A DNA stretch of 64,000 nt, from sequence record LC727701.1; one strand, given 5' to 3'. A program made the position numbers and the translations under genes. Of the stretch, positions 33,183 through 43,195 are shown piece by piece. Position 1 is the first letter of the stretch. Every line of letters starts with the position of its first letter. The notes below the pieces were generated by a model. That model was not told the DNA's origin. It ran no database searches and worked only from the letters and a program-made list of their open reading frames with translations.

Positions 33183-35552
33183 ATGGCAAATGCTACAGAC
33201 AAAGGCAAGATCAGTCAACTGCCGGATCTAGCTACTCTTAACGATAGCGAGTATATTGAATTAATTCATACCGATGCAGCTGGTCAAGTCGATAACTATA
33301 AGTTTCTGCTGTCAAAACTACAGACTGGGGCACCCGGTCTTAGTGCGTACGAGATTGCCGTTAAAAATGGTTTCCAGGGAACTGAAACCGAATGGCTTGA
33401 TTCGCTTAAAGGTAAATCTTCTTATCAAATCGCAGTCGATCTAGGCTTCGTTGGTACTGAAGAAGAGTTTATAGCATCCCTTAAAGGTGATGCTGGTAAG
33501 AGTGCATATGAAGTAGCTGTGGAAAATGGTTTCCAAGGTACTGAACAGGAATGGTTAACATCACTGCATGCAACCATGACTGCTGAACTACTCCAGACAC
33601 TCTTAAATCAACAAGGCTATACAGTTAAAGATGTACTGCGTGTAACTGGTAAGAATGGTGGATTATCATCCAACGCTGCTTTCCATAACTTTGCTTTCCT
33701 GTTTGATAAGCGTCTAAATCAAGATGACTTAACCGCTGGTGATAAAGTACCACAGCGTATGATGGAACAAGGCCGTATGGAAGCAGAAGGTTATTCTTAT
33801 CTAAAGAACGCCTCTGCACCCACTACGCAAGGTGCATTACCCGAATTACCTGAGTCTGAAATTCGTATTTATGACAATGGTGAATTCCAGATTGGTAGTT
33901 TAACTGATTACATTGCATTCAAGAATGACGGCAATATCCGTATTGTTGAAGGCGCTGATGAATCAACTGTTGATCTTAAGAACCTTCCTAAAAACGAAGG
34001 TATTAGTGGCGGTGTATTCGTCAAAGATGTACAAGCAACTGATCCCAGTCAGAACGTAGGTAGTATTGTGCGTACCCCTGATGGACACAGCGTACAGTCA
34101 TGCCTATCGACCACTAGTAATGTTCGGGTTATCGTTGATGCAATAACTGGACATTCTAGTTATGTACCTAGTGTTAAAATCAATAACGTAGATGCAGTTG
34201 TAACTCCTGGCGTTAATCCACCCATGTGGATTGCTACCGCCGATATTGATCTTGGTGCACCTACTACTGAAGGTTATGCTGATATTGTTGTAGAACACGC
34301 CGATGGGGCTAAATTCACTACTAAGGTATTAGCCGATACTCCCGCTAATATTACCAGTGCTGTATTTACTGGCGGTTATCCGTTAGGTCAAACAGAACTT
34401 AAAGAAGATGACCTTGTTGCAATTAAAGTTGTTACTGATGAAAATATAGTAGCATACGAAATTGCTGACTTTGGTGCACTGAAAGAAAGTAGTGGCACTG
34501 TTGCACCTACTAAAGAACTAGAGGTTACTGGTCTTTACGTAGCTGATCGTGGTAATACTACTAAGGCATATGGTTTCCGTGTACGTGTTCAGAAATCAAC
34601 TGGGTCATGGTCAGAATGGTTTACTTCCAGTGATGCTGGTTCCGAAGATAAAATTAACACCATGCAGTTAAACGATCTTCGCCCAGTTGTTAATATTGGT
34701 CAAGTAACTTATCCGTCTGGTCAAAGTGCTATTAAAGTAGGTGAAACTGCTACTGTAGCCAATACAGTATCTAATGCTGATAGTGTGGTTTATTCCTCAC
34801 CAAATGATCAGCTCACTATAACCAGTGCAAATGAAGCAGAAATTGCTAAGGTAGTTACTTATAAGTCTGGTACTTATAACGACAGCACTAATAACCTATT
34901 AATTACTGCTAAACGTGCAGCTAATGGTAGTGTAGCTACGGCTACTGCTGTTGTAGCTATTGCAAATGCGGTACCTACTGCGACGGTTACCTACCCTGCT
35001 GCTCGCCTTCGTTCAGGTGGTAACTTTGGAACCCAAGTACAAAGTCATGTCATTACTTTAACCTCTACTCAGAAACTAAGTGCAGCTCCGGCCATGAATG
35101 CGCCTGGCGGTAAGTGGGCTACTGAGGATTGGAAATCTGATGCCACTGGTAAGGTATGGACACGTGCATTACTAGTACATGACGATGATCCTAAAGGAAC
35201 CTACGATTTTAACAGTGTGGTTCTAAAAGGTTTAGCTGGTGTTGAAGCTAATAGTGTAAATGGTGGTACTTATGTACTAGGTGGATTTGTATTCCGCACT
35301 CTAAGTGTGGCTGCTTGGCCGAACCGTGAAACTGATATTGGTACTGAAGTAACCAATACTGGTAAACTACGTTGCAGTAACCTATCTAAAGGTTCTACTG
35401 GTAGCTTAAACTTCACTTATAAGGCGGATGATGCAAATCAAGTTGACACCTACACCATCAAGGATGGCAATAAGTGGTATAACTGTGACTCAGCAAACGC
35501 TGTGTCCAACACCACTGGACTGATGAAAATCGAACTTGAGGAAGTAGTATAA
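33183..35552 (+). CDS. Fibre protein (gp145-like)
   Basis: 789 aa; N-terminal KISQLP module, three GxSAY(E/Q)IAVxxGFxGTExEW repeats, beta-rich (Ig-like) C-terminal domains. Confidence 0.8.
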   Translation: MANATDKGKISQLPDLATLNDSEYIELIHTDAAGQVDNYKFLLSKLQTGAPGLSAYEIAVKNGFQGTETEWLDSLKGKSSYQIAVDLGFVGTEEEFIASLKGDAGKSAYEVAVENGFQGTEQEWLTSLHATMTAELLQTLLNQQGYTVKDVLRVTGKNGGLSSNAAFHNFAFLFDKRLNQDDLTAGDKVPQRMMEQGRMEAEGYSYLKNASAPTTQGALPELPESEIRIYDNGEFQIGSLTDYIAFKNDGNIRIVEGADESTVDLKNLPKNEGISGGVFVKDVQATDPSQNVGSIVRTPDGHSVQSCLSTTSNVRVIVDAITGHSSYVPSVKINNVDAVVTPGVNPPMWIATADIDLGAPTTEGYADIVVEHADGAKFTTKVLADTPANITSAVFTGGYPLGQTELKEDDLVAIKVVTDENIVAYEIADFGALKESSGTVAPTKELEVTGLYVADRGNTTKAYGFRVRVQKSTGSWSEWFTSSDAGSEDKINTMQLNDLRPVVNIGQVTYPSGQSAIKVGETATVANTVSNADSVVYSSPNDQLTITSANEAEIAKVVTYKSGTYNDSTNNLLITAKRAANGSVATATAVVAIANAVPTATVTYPAARLRSGGNFGTQVQSHVITLTSTQKLSAAPAMNAPGGKWATEDWKSDATGKVWTRALLVHDDDPKGTYDFNSVVLKGLAGVEANSVNGGTYVLGGFVFRTLSVAAWPNRETDIGTEVTNTGKLRCSNLSKGSTGSLNFTYKADDANQVDTYTIKDGNKWYNCDSANAVSNTTGLMKIELEEVV

Positions 35553-38500
35553 TGGCTTCTGCATTTGAAGATTATGTAAACGGGGAACTTCCCAAACGGG
35601 TATCATCAATTGATGAGCCCACTTCTGTAGTTAATGGACACATCCCGGTTTCTACCGGGGTGGGTCTTAATACTACTTTCGTTGATCCTGTTACTATACC
35701 TGGATTAAAGGGTGAAGATGGTCAGCCGGGTAAAGATGGCGAACAAGGCCCTCCTGGCCCAGTTGGTCCGGCTATTAACATTATCGCTAATGTTGATCTA
35801 GCAACATTCGAACAAGATATTAAACCATTAGATACGCATAATGTCGGTGATGCTTGGTTCGTTGAAGATCGGCTATGGGTGTGGGAATCACCGTTAGGTA
35901 ATGAAGACCCCCCTGTAAAAGGTCGTTGGGTTGAAACAGGTTCACTTCGTGGTCCAGATGGTACTGGTCTAGTTATCCGTGGTCGTTGGCCTAATAACTT
36001 AGAATTACCTAAGACTGAAAGTAATAAACCTGGAGATGCTTATTCATGGAATAATCAACTCTGGGCGTGGATGCTTATCTCAGGTAATAATCCGCCAGAG
36101 AATCCAACTATTGATGACTATGATTGGTTCCCAGTTACACCACAGGGTGAACGTGGACCTGAGGGCCCTGAGGGTCCGCAAGGTAAAGATGGTGAAATTG
36201 GTCCTGAAGGTCCTCAGGGTGAACCAGCAATGCCGTTTACCATTAAGGATTCACTACCATCACCAGCTGATTTACCTGATCCATCTGTAGCTAAAGAATC
36301 AGAAGCATACTTAGTTACTATGGAAGCTGGTAAACCAGAACATCTATTCATCTTTGTAAAAGGGGCATGGTCAGACCTAGGTACTTTCCAAGGCCCTGAG
36401 GGCCCACAAGGTAAACCAGGTAATACAGGTGATCCGGGTCCCGATGGTAAACAAGGTGAACCTGGTCCACAAGGTCGTAACTTAGAAGTAGTTAAAGCAG
36501 TTGAAACTGCTGATGATCTATTAACCACCACTGGTGTAGAACAATACCAAGGTGTTTCAGTACGTTCCACCAATACGGTTTATGTACTGACTGGCCAAGA
36601 TCCGACTGTTGATATCTCATGGACAGCCATGGGTTCATTCCGTGGCCCGCAGGGCCCTGAAGGTCCGCAAGGTGAAGATGGCGAACAAGGTCTACCTGGT
36701 GAACCAGGGGCACAAGGTAAATCGGCTTTCCAAGTAGCATTGGACAATGGCTTCACTGGTACTGAGGGTGAATGGTTAATCAGTCTACATGGTAAGAACG
36801 TAGTTATTACTGGTGCTGTTGCCAATGAGGCAGCCCTGCCGGCAGATGCTCCTGATCAGGCAGCGTACTTCACACAAGACACATCTACCTTATTTGTTAA
36901 GATAGATGGTAATTGGGTAAATAGTGGTACACATCGAGGTCCTAAAGGTGAAGATGGCGCACCTGGTAAAGACGGTGATCAGGGACCAGAAGGACCCGAG
37001 GGACCAGAAGGCCCACAAGGTCCCGCTGGTGAACCTATCCAGATCATCGCAGCGATTGACACTCCTGAAGATACCCCACCAGAAGCACTTGCCGATAACC
37101 AATGGAAAGCATATACTGTTAAGTCCACGGGCGAAGTATTTGTTAACATGGACGGTAGTCGCTGGACTAGCATTGGTATTATGGCAGGTCCGCAAGGTAA
37201 ACCGGGTGAAGGTTTAAACATTAAAGGTGTTTTAACCGATGCTTCACAACTACCAAAGAAAGACACTGATCCTGACTTAGTAACTGGTGATTCATACTGG
37301 GTTGAAACTAACGAAGGTACAATGCTCTATACTTACCAAGGTCAGGAAATTGATGGCTATATCGGCCCAATTAATCTAAATGGTGAGCAGGGTATCCAGG
37401 GTGTCGAAGGCCCACAAGGTCCTGAAGGTAAACAAGGTGGTGGTCTATTAATTATCTATGTTGGTGATGATGCTGGTAAACCAGTAGCATCTGCTGATAA
37501 CGTAGGTAAAGGTATTGCCATTCGCACCAATACTGAAGGACAAGTAGAAGTATTTGTAAGTATCGATACTGAAGGTACATTTACTTGGGAAAGCCTAGGT
37601 GTCTTAGCCATGGGTCCGCAGGGTCCTGAAGGTCCTGAGGGCAAACAAGGTGTTCCAGGTATCCCTGGTAAAACCGGTCAGAAAGGTGAACGTGGATCCT
37701 CTTGGGTAATTCTACCTGAAGGTCAAACTGCACCCACTTCTATCGATGGTAATCGTGGTGACTGGTGTATCGACAAAACTGGTACCGTTTGGTATAAAGA
37801 TGCTAACTGGGTTGTATTCTACAAATTAATGTCAGTTCCAGTTAGTGAAGTCGATCCAGAAGATGTCGATAAGAAAATGGTTCGGTACAAACTCGGTTGG
37901 ACTGAACTACCTGTTGATGAGGTGGTAGATGCTGAAGTAGGTGTCTTCTATGGTCGCCGTAAAGCAACCGCTGACGGGGCTGTTGAATGGACTGCTATTG
38001 AATTACCAACACCTGCCATTGATGCTGTACCTAGTCCAGTTGTTAATGCACAATACGTTCGTAAAGGTATTGCAGGGGGTGAAACTGAATGGGCTACCAT
38101 TACATTCCCAGAAATTCCTTCAGATGTAGTACGCGATACTGCACAAGCTACTAAGCCTCAAGGTCGTGTAGCTGGTAACTGGGTTGATGTAGCACCTCTG
38201 CAAACCGATGATACTCTAATGGGTATGCAAAATGGTGAATGGGTAGCTGTACCAGCCGCAGTTATTGGTGAAGTACCTAGTGAAGGTGCTAATGGCACTA
38301 ACTATGTACGTGAGAAAACAGCTAGTGGTTCTAAATGGACACCTGTAACTATTATAGTTGATCAAGCTGATGCTACTAGTGGACAACTATTCCTACGTAA
38401 TGCTGCGGCTAAATCATGGACTCTATTCCAAGGTCCGAATAATGATGTAACCGCTGATGGTGATTGGCTACGTAGCCGTACTGGTACTAATATTACTTGG

Positions 38501-38833
38501 AAGAAGCTAGATAAATCATTCGATGCATATAGCCTAAAATCAAGTACATTCACTGGTACAGCTCTGACTATAACACCTGCTAACCAGCAGTGCTATAGGG
38601 TTCAAACTGCTGCTAACCAAACCATTACACTAGAGAATGGACCTGTTGATCGCATGATCACAGCTGTTCTTGTATTGCTTGGTAAGGTAGCTATGCCAAC
38701 ACTGTCTAGTGCAGTGCTACAGTGGAACAATGGTACTCCAGTAATAGTAGATGACCTAGGTGATACTAAAACAGTTCTCACCCTCTTATGGGATGGTACT
38801 AACTGGATAGTTTCCAAAGGTGCTGTTATTTAA
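35552..38833 (+). CDS. Collagen-like fibre protein (gp146-like)
   Basis: 1093 aa; about nine Gly-X-Y blocks separated by small Trp-containing domains; C-terminal W..G.P...D..LLWDGTNW domain. Confidence 0.85.
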   Translation: MASAFEDYVNGELPKRVSSIDEPTSVVNGHIPVSTGVGLNTTFVDPVTIPGLKGEDGQPGKDGEQGPPGPVGPAINIIANVDLATFEQDIKPLDTHNVGDAWFVEDRLWVWESPLGNEDPPVKGRWVETGSLRGPDGTGLVIRGRWPNNLELPKTESNKPGDAYSWNNQLWAWMLISGNNPPENPTIDDYDWFPVTPQGERGPEGPEGPQGKDGEIGPEGPQGEPAMPFTIKDSLPSPADLPDPSVAKESEAYLVTMEAGKPEHLFIFVKGAWSDLGTFQGPEGPQGKPGNTGDPGPDGKQGEPGPQGRNLEVVKAVETADDLLTTTGVEQYQGVSVRSTNTVYVLTGQDPTVDISWTAMGSFRGPQGPEGPQGEDGEQGLPGEPGAQGKSAFQVALDNGFTGTEGEWLISLHGKNVVITGAVANEAALPADAPDQAAYFTQDTSTLFVKIDGNWVNSGTHRGPKGEDGAPGKDGDQGPEGPEGPEGPQGPAGEPIQIIAAIDTPEDTPPEALADNQWKAYTVKSTGEVFVNMDGSRWTSIGIMAGPQGKPGEGLNIKGVLTDASQLPKKDTDPDLVTGDSYWVETNEGTMLYTYQGQEIDGYIGPINLNGEQGIQGVEGPQGPEGKQGGGLLIIYVGDDAGKPVASADNVGKGIAIRTNTEGQVEVFVSIDTEGTFTWESLGVLAMGPQGPEGPEGKQGVPGIPGKTGQKGERGSSWVILPEGQTAPTSIDGNRGDWCIDKTGTVWYKDANWVVFYKLMSVPVSEVDPEDVDKKMVRYKLGWTELPVDEVVDAEVGVFYGRRKATADGAVEWTAIELPTPAIDAVPSPVVNAQYVRKGIAGGETEWATITFPEIPSDVVRDTAQATKPQGRVAGNWVDVAPLQTDDTLMGMQNGEWVAVPAAVIGEVPSEGANGTNYVREKTASGSKWTPVTIIVDQADATSGQLFLRNAAAKSWTLFQGPNNDVTADGDWLRSRTGTNITWKKLDKSFDAYSLKSSTFTGTALTITPANQQCYRVQTAANQTITLENGPVDRMITAVLVLLGKVAMPTLSSAVLQWNNGTPVIVDDLGDTKTVLTLLWDGTNWIVSKGAVI

Positions 38834-38844
38834 AATGACATATT

Positions 38845-38864
38845 GCCCTCCCTTCGGGGAGGGC
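38845..38864. terminator. Bidirectional terminator
   Basis: GCCCTCCC-TTCG-GGGAGGGC, identical to 6515-6534. Confidence 0.85.
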
Positions 38865-38932
38865 TTTATTTTGTCTTTTAAGATTGATTCATTATTAACC
38901 ATACCATCGTACCAGTTATATCTAAAAAAAGC

Positions 38933-38959
38933 ATAGAAAGCCCTAATAGGGCTTTCTAT
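38933..38959 (-). terminator. 12-bp hairpin at the end of the minus-strand operon
   Basis: ATAGAAAGCCCT-AAT-AGGGCTTTCTAT; T-run on the minus strand. Confidence 0.7.
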
Positions 38960-38965
38960 TGGGTA

Positions 38966-39682
38966 TCATGGCTTAAACATGGAAAAGTATTCAGCATCGA
39001 TGAAATCAAAGTCGATATTAAGTTTATGCTTTAACTGGAAATCCATGATAATAAACTGTTTATCTTCAACAGCTAATTCACTTACATCTTTCTCAAATAG
39101 TTTTGGACCAATAATAGTAAAGTCAGGCATCAACACTTGTCCTAATTCAAGAACATGGGTTTTACACCATTCTCCAAAATTATACATAATCGCCATTGAA
39201 TAGATAGAGTTTAATCTAGAACAAGTAAGGTCTGTTAATGGAGTATTAATCAGGGTGATCTGAATATGATCACCAATGTACTTATGTAAGCAGTATAGTA
39301 ATTCATCTTGAGCATCTGGTGTCAATTCATATGGCCAGATATTGACTTCAAGACATGTTTCAAAATTAGCATTAACTATACCATCTAATCTATTCAAATC
39401 TGATTGGGCTATTAATTGAATAATAAATGGAATGATACCAGTGAATATAGAACTATTGATAGTGTCAGCAGTATTTTCACCACCACGTTTAGAATAAGCT
39501 TCGACAAATTGTTCATTAGTTACTAAACCATCTGTTAGTTTAGTCCAATCATCCATTTCCCTATGCCAGTAAATTTGACCATTGGTAACAAGCTTATTAG
39601 CTGCATCTTTATTTAGTAACCTAATGGTTCCTAATCGTGTATCTAATAGTGAGTCAAGATCAATTAAGATTTTACGAAACAT
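38966..39682 (-). CDS. Hypothetical protein with HAD-like motif I (gp147-like)
   Basis: N-terminal KILIDLDSLLD. Confidence 0.7.
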   Translation of the reverse strand: MFRKILIDLDSLLDTRLGTIRLLNKDAANKLVTNGQIYWHREMDDWTKLTDGLVTNEQFVEAYSKRGGENTADTINSSIFTGIIPFIIQLIAQSDLNRLDGIVNANFETCLEVNIWPYELTPDAQDELLYCLHKYIGDHIQITLINTPLTDLTCSRLNSIYSMAIMYNFGEWCKTHVLELGQVLMPDFTIIGPKLFEKDVSELAVEDKQFIIMDFQLKHKLNIDFDFIDAEYFSMFKP

Positions 39683-40178
39683 TATTATTTACCGCCTTCT
39701 TTTTAGATGGCTTAGCTTGAACTGGGATAGATTCAACTAGATTAGTAATATAACGGATATTTAAACATTGGCAAATAATCCAAACTAACCAATCATTTTG
39801 GTATAAAATGTCAGTTAATTCTTTTCGTGGAATTAATCGCGCTAACATTTCTTGGTCAACAATAGTTGAATTAGATTGATAAGGATAAATAGAATTAGCT
39901 AGTAATTCCACCACACCATCCCAATCATTAACAGCCATTTTAAATCGACTAACTAAACTTAAGATAGGTTGAAGACGATTACCTTTATTACGGAATAAAT
40001 TCCAGATATCCCTAATAACTGTTTTATCAGCAATGTGATACCAATGAGTATTGGTACTCCAGTTATTTAGTAAATCCAAAATATCCGCAATGATTTCAGC
40101 ACTGTATCCATTTACTAACTCAGTATTAGATACAATTAAAGCTTCGCACATATCTTCATAAATCTGGCGATTATTCAT
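39672..40178 (-). CDS. Hypothetical protein (gp148-like)
   Basis: 168-aa ORF coupled within the operon. Confidence 0.75.
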   Translation of the reverse strand: MNNRQIYEDMCEALIVSNTELVNGYSAEIIADILDLLNNWSTNTHWYHIADKTVIRDIWNLFRNKGNRLQPILSLVSRFKMAVNDWDGVVELLANSIYPYQSNSTIVDQEMLARLIPRKELTDILYQNDWLVWIICQCLNIRYITNLVESIPVQAKPSKKKAVNNNVS

Positions 40179-40180
40179 AA

Positions 40181-40855
40181 TTACACCAAGTTATTTTGTA
40201 GCATCATGCCTTTTAGATAACATGCAAATGTTTTATTAGATTGCACAGTAGTATCATAAGTGGACATGATGGAATCAACAGAAGCACTACCAGTTTCGAT
40301 AATAGAGCGGTTCATTGCATTATACGCCTTCTGGTCGCCACCACGCAGTTTCATGAATTCGATCATGGAATAACGGAGACCTTTTGAAGCGTTAACTTGA
40401 ATCTCTGGTGCAGACATACGTGATCCTTTAGAATCACCAGTTACCTGCCCTGACCTCTGGTCAATCACGTGACTAGAACCTGGAATACTTTTCTTTTTCT
40501 CAAGCATTTGTACTTGACGACGAATTGGTATTAAACCAACTAAATGTTTATTAGCAGTTCGATATACCTGGCCAGTACCTGGATCAGTTAAAATGATGTG
40601 TTGGAATAAATTATGACCAATCGCTTTAGCAACTTTATAATTTTGCTTAATGGTTAATTTAGGCTTAGTGCATAAGTTAGGAGCATATAATGCCAACATC
40701 TCTTCACCAGAATCTAACTTATTAATCCACTCCTCAAATTCCTCATCATTCATTCGTGCAAACATTTCTTTATAGATATCAACATTACTACTACCAGGTA
40801 GAAACATGTCAATAATCCATAGGCATTCTTTTTCTACCAATTCTCGTTTAGTCAT
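40181..40855 (-). CDS. Virion RNA polymerase beta-like subunit, C-terminal part (phiKZ gp149-like)
   Basis: RSGQVTGDSKGSRMSAPEIQV...MIEFMKLRGGD parallels the RpoB C-terminal GGQRFGEME...LQEMLTxKSDD; 224 aa; synteny. Confidence 0.85.
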   Translation of the reverse strand: MTKRELVEKECLWIIDMFLPGSSNVDIYKEMFARMNDEEFEEWINKLDSGEEMLALYAPNLCTKPKLTIKQNYKVAKAIGHNLFQHIILTDPGTGQVYRTANKHLVGLIPIRRQVQMLEKKKSIPGSSHVIDQRSGQVTGDSKGSRMSAPEIQVNASKGLRYSMIEFMKLRGGDQKAYNAMNRSIIETGSASVDSIMSTYDTTVQSNKTFACYLKGMMLQNNLV

Positions 40856-40887
40856 GGTAATTTCCTCTAAGGTTGTTTAACATACCA

Positions 40888-41208
40888 TTAGCTTGAGCGA
40901 GATACCCCTTGATAGACAGGTATTGAATTCTGGTCAGTACATGGTGGTAACCTATGCCTCTTAAGAATTGGTAATATATTGGCTAGAAAATTAGCATACC
41001 ATACTTCAAAGGTGACTGAATCATCAATGGTGGTTCTAGCTGTCAATGTCTGACTAGGGTATTGAGCTAATAGTTGCTGAAAGCAAGCTGATAAAGTGGG
41101 TACGTCTGTACACACTGGTAATCGACGTAATAGATCTTCTGATAGTTCAACATCAAACATTCGTAGACGTTGACAAAGTGTTAAACGATAATCTTCTGTA
41201 GTTTTCAT
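40888..41208 (-). CDS. Hypothetical protein, 106 aa
   Basis: AGGA SD; part of the minus-strand operon. Confidence 0.7.
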   Translation of the reverse strand: MKTTEDYRLTLCQRLRMFDVELSEDLLRRLPVCTDVPTLSACFQQLLAQYPSQTLTARTTIDDSVTFEVWYANFLANILPILKRHRLPPCTDQNSIPVYQGVSRSS

Positions 41209-41231
41209 TATAGTTCCTTAGGGTCTTTATT

Positions 41232-41582
41232 TTACTTTGATATCTCGCCACAGTAAATGACCTCTGTTTTTGTTTCAAGCCATTCTACTAATAAATGCCG
41301 GTGACAGAAATTACCAGCGCGACAATAACAACCTAATGCTACTTCCTCTAATTGGAAGAACCATTTAAAGAATTCTGGATTATCAATCAATGATTGCTCT
41401 AATATACTGAGATATGCTTCAGTGTATTCATCACTTGATATAATTCCTTTCTTATGTCCCATAACCATTAACCACGTAGGCGCGAGTTGATATGCACCTG
41501 ATTTAACAGTTATGTCTAGCGGTTTTATTCCTTTCTCTATAACTAACTTATATTTAGCTATCTGATAAGTGTAAACATTCAT
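41232..41582 (-). CDS. DUF488-like protein
   Basis: LAPTW..Y..Y...L and VALGCYC..CHRHLL motifs. Confidence 0.7.
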   Translation of the reverse strand: MNVYTYQIAKYKLVIEKGIKPLDITVKSGAYQLAPTWLMVMGHKKGIISSDEYTEAYLSILEQSLIDNPEFFKWFFQLEEVALGCYCRAGNFCHRHLLVEWLETKTEVIYCGEISK

Positions 41583-41658
41583 ATACCAAACCTGACATAA
41601 CTAGGGATCTTATTGACCCCTAGTTATTTTGAAACTGGCGATAACATCTATACTAACA

Positions 41659-43098
41659 TTAAGCTTTTGCTTTAGCTAGTTCAAGAGGTACAATTTTAGC
41701 TTTTTCTTCGTCAGTCATCCAGTATGGTTTATATTCACTTTTACGCATACGTAGTAGGTCATACGTGGATAGGAATTTTTTATCACTAAACTGTTCGTCT
41801 TCTTCGAACATCCAATAGCCACGAGTATTATTAAGAATAATATCCCAATCATAACCCATTACTTTAAGATCAGCATATAGCTCAGCTGGCGTTACTACAT
41901 AATCTCCAAGATTCCAACGTTGGAATTGAATTAATTGTAGCATTTCAGATTGGATTTCAACAGCTCGTTGTAGAGCAGGGTTATCCATCAATTTCTTACG
42001 AACAGTGGTCCGACTTAGTTTGATATCAGGACATAGCTCAACGAAGTAGTTAATGTTATTACCACCAATCCCCCAATCATTTTCACGGCAATAATGGAAT
42101 TCTGATAGTGATGGAAGAATACCTTCAGTTTGTGAAACAATGAGATGGAATGGTAGACCAGTAATTCCACCTTTACCACGTAAGTTAATAACTTCTAGAA
42201 TACGTAGATCTGTATCGCCTTCAATAGCAGTTGAATTGTCAATTGGATATAAAGGCATTTTTTCTTTATTGACTAACGGTTTATTAGATTCAATAGAAAA
42301 CACATTATTCGGTAGAGAGTAGAAACCACCTGACACCCCTTTAAGAACCGTATCCTTCTTCATATGCGATAGATTACGTTTATCAGTAGGGTACATCTCA
42401 ATTTGAATGATATCTCCAACGTGTGCAGTGAGAATCATGTATGTACTGGTTTTAGCACAGATCTGCGGTAGCTGGTTAAATAACTGATTCTTAGCTTTAC
42501 CATTAGTCATTGCATCAGTGTTTACTTTAGAATCACCGATAGCATTTTTAGCATACATTTCAGACACAGCTGAGACAATGAACTTTGAGAAACTATCAAT
42601 GAACCCGCCAGTTGGGTACAGTGCTTTCTTATTATTACCATTCACATCAAGAAATGGGGTAGTACGTAGATAATCTTTTTCAGCCTTTTCTTTTTCAGAT
42701 AATGCATCGCGGAAGATTTTGAACCACTCATCCCCAGTATAACGAGATAAGTCAGTAAACATGTATTGCTCATCATTTTCCCAATCGATAGCAGCTAGCT
42801 CAGGATAAGCTTGTGCTAAAGATGTAAATCGAGCACCTGGGTTTAATGTACCTTCTGTATCGTAAGTCATTGCATGTGCACCGGGGAAAGCACGGCGCAT
42901 CATTGCCATGAGGTAGATACCTAATGCAGTTTTAAAATTGTTAGGTCGTGAAGCAATACCAGTTAGTGATCCCATACCACCATTTAGAATCATTTCACCA
43001 TGCTTACCTTGTTCATACTTACCAGTTGAAATGTCCATAAGGCATCCGATGTTAAGAGCCGGTCGGAAAGCTGGACGTTCGAAATGTTTACCAAACAT
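41659..43098 (-). CDS. uvsX: RecA/UvsX-like recombinase (gp152-like)
   Basis: Walker A ASRPNNFKT, YDTEGT, FIDSFS and LTAHVG motifs; GGAG SD. Confidence 0.85.
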   Translation of the reverse strand: MFGKHFERPAFRPALNIGCLMDISTGKYEQGKHGEMILNGGMGSLTGIASRPNNFKTALGIYLMAMMRRAFPGAHAMTYDTEGTLNPGARFTSLAQAYPELAAIDWENDEQYMFTDLSRYTGDEWFKIFRDALSEKEKAEKDYLRTTPFLDVNGNNKKALYPTGGFIDSFSKFIVSAVSEMYAKNAIGDSKVNTDAMTNGKAKNQLFNQLPQICAKTSTYMILTAHVGDIIQIEMYPTDKRNLSHMKKDTVLKGVSGGFYSLPNNVFSIESNKPLVNKEKMPLYPIDNSTAIEGDTDLRILEVINLRGKGGITGLPFHLIVSQTEGILPSLSEFHYCRENDWGIGGNNINYFVELCPDIKLSRTTVRKKLMDNPALQRAVEIQSEMLQLIQFQRWNLGDYVVTPAELYADLKVMGYDWDIILNNTRGYWMFEEDEQFSDKKFLSTYDLLRMRKSEYKPYWMTDEEKAKIVPLELAKAKA

Positions 43099-43195
43099 GT
43101 TGACTCCATTTTTTAAGTTAAACAGTCAATTAATTGATTTGGAGAGTAATTTTATGTCTACATATTCAACAATCCTTGCGCAAGGAAATTAAGAC

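Noticed and set aside
33011-33241. 76-aa ORF between the endolysin and the gp145-like gene
   Set aside because: GTG start without SD, spans the terminator at 33061-33080, and overlaps the next gene out of frame.
36036-38817. Several alternative-frame and antisense ORFs within the collagen-like gene
   Set aside because: They are by-products of GC-rich Gly-Pro codon repeats.
40951-40958. Minus-strand TATATTAC inside coding sequence (also near 39744 and 53993)
   Set aside because: These lack the upstream A-tract/TTAAGAT context of the three intergenic copies. An 8-mer of this composition is expected by chance in AT-rich DNA.
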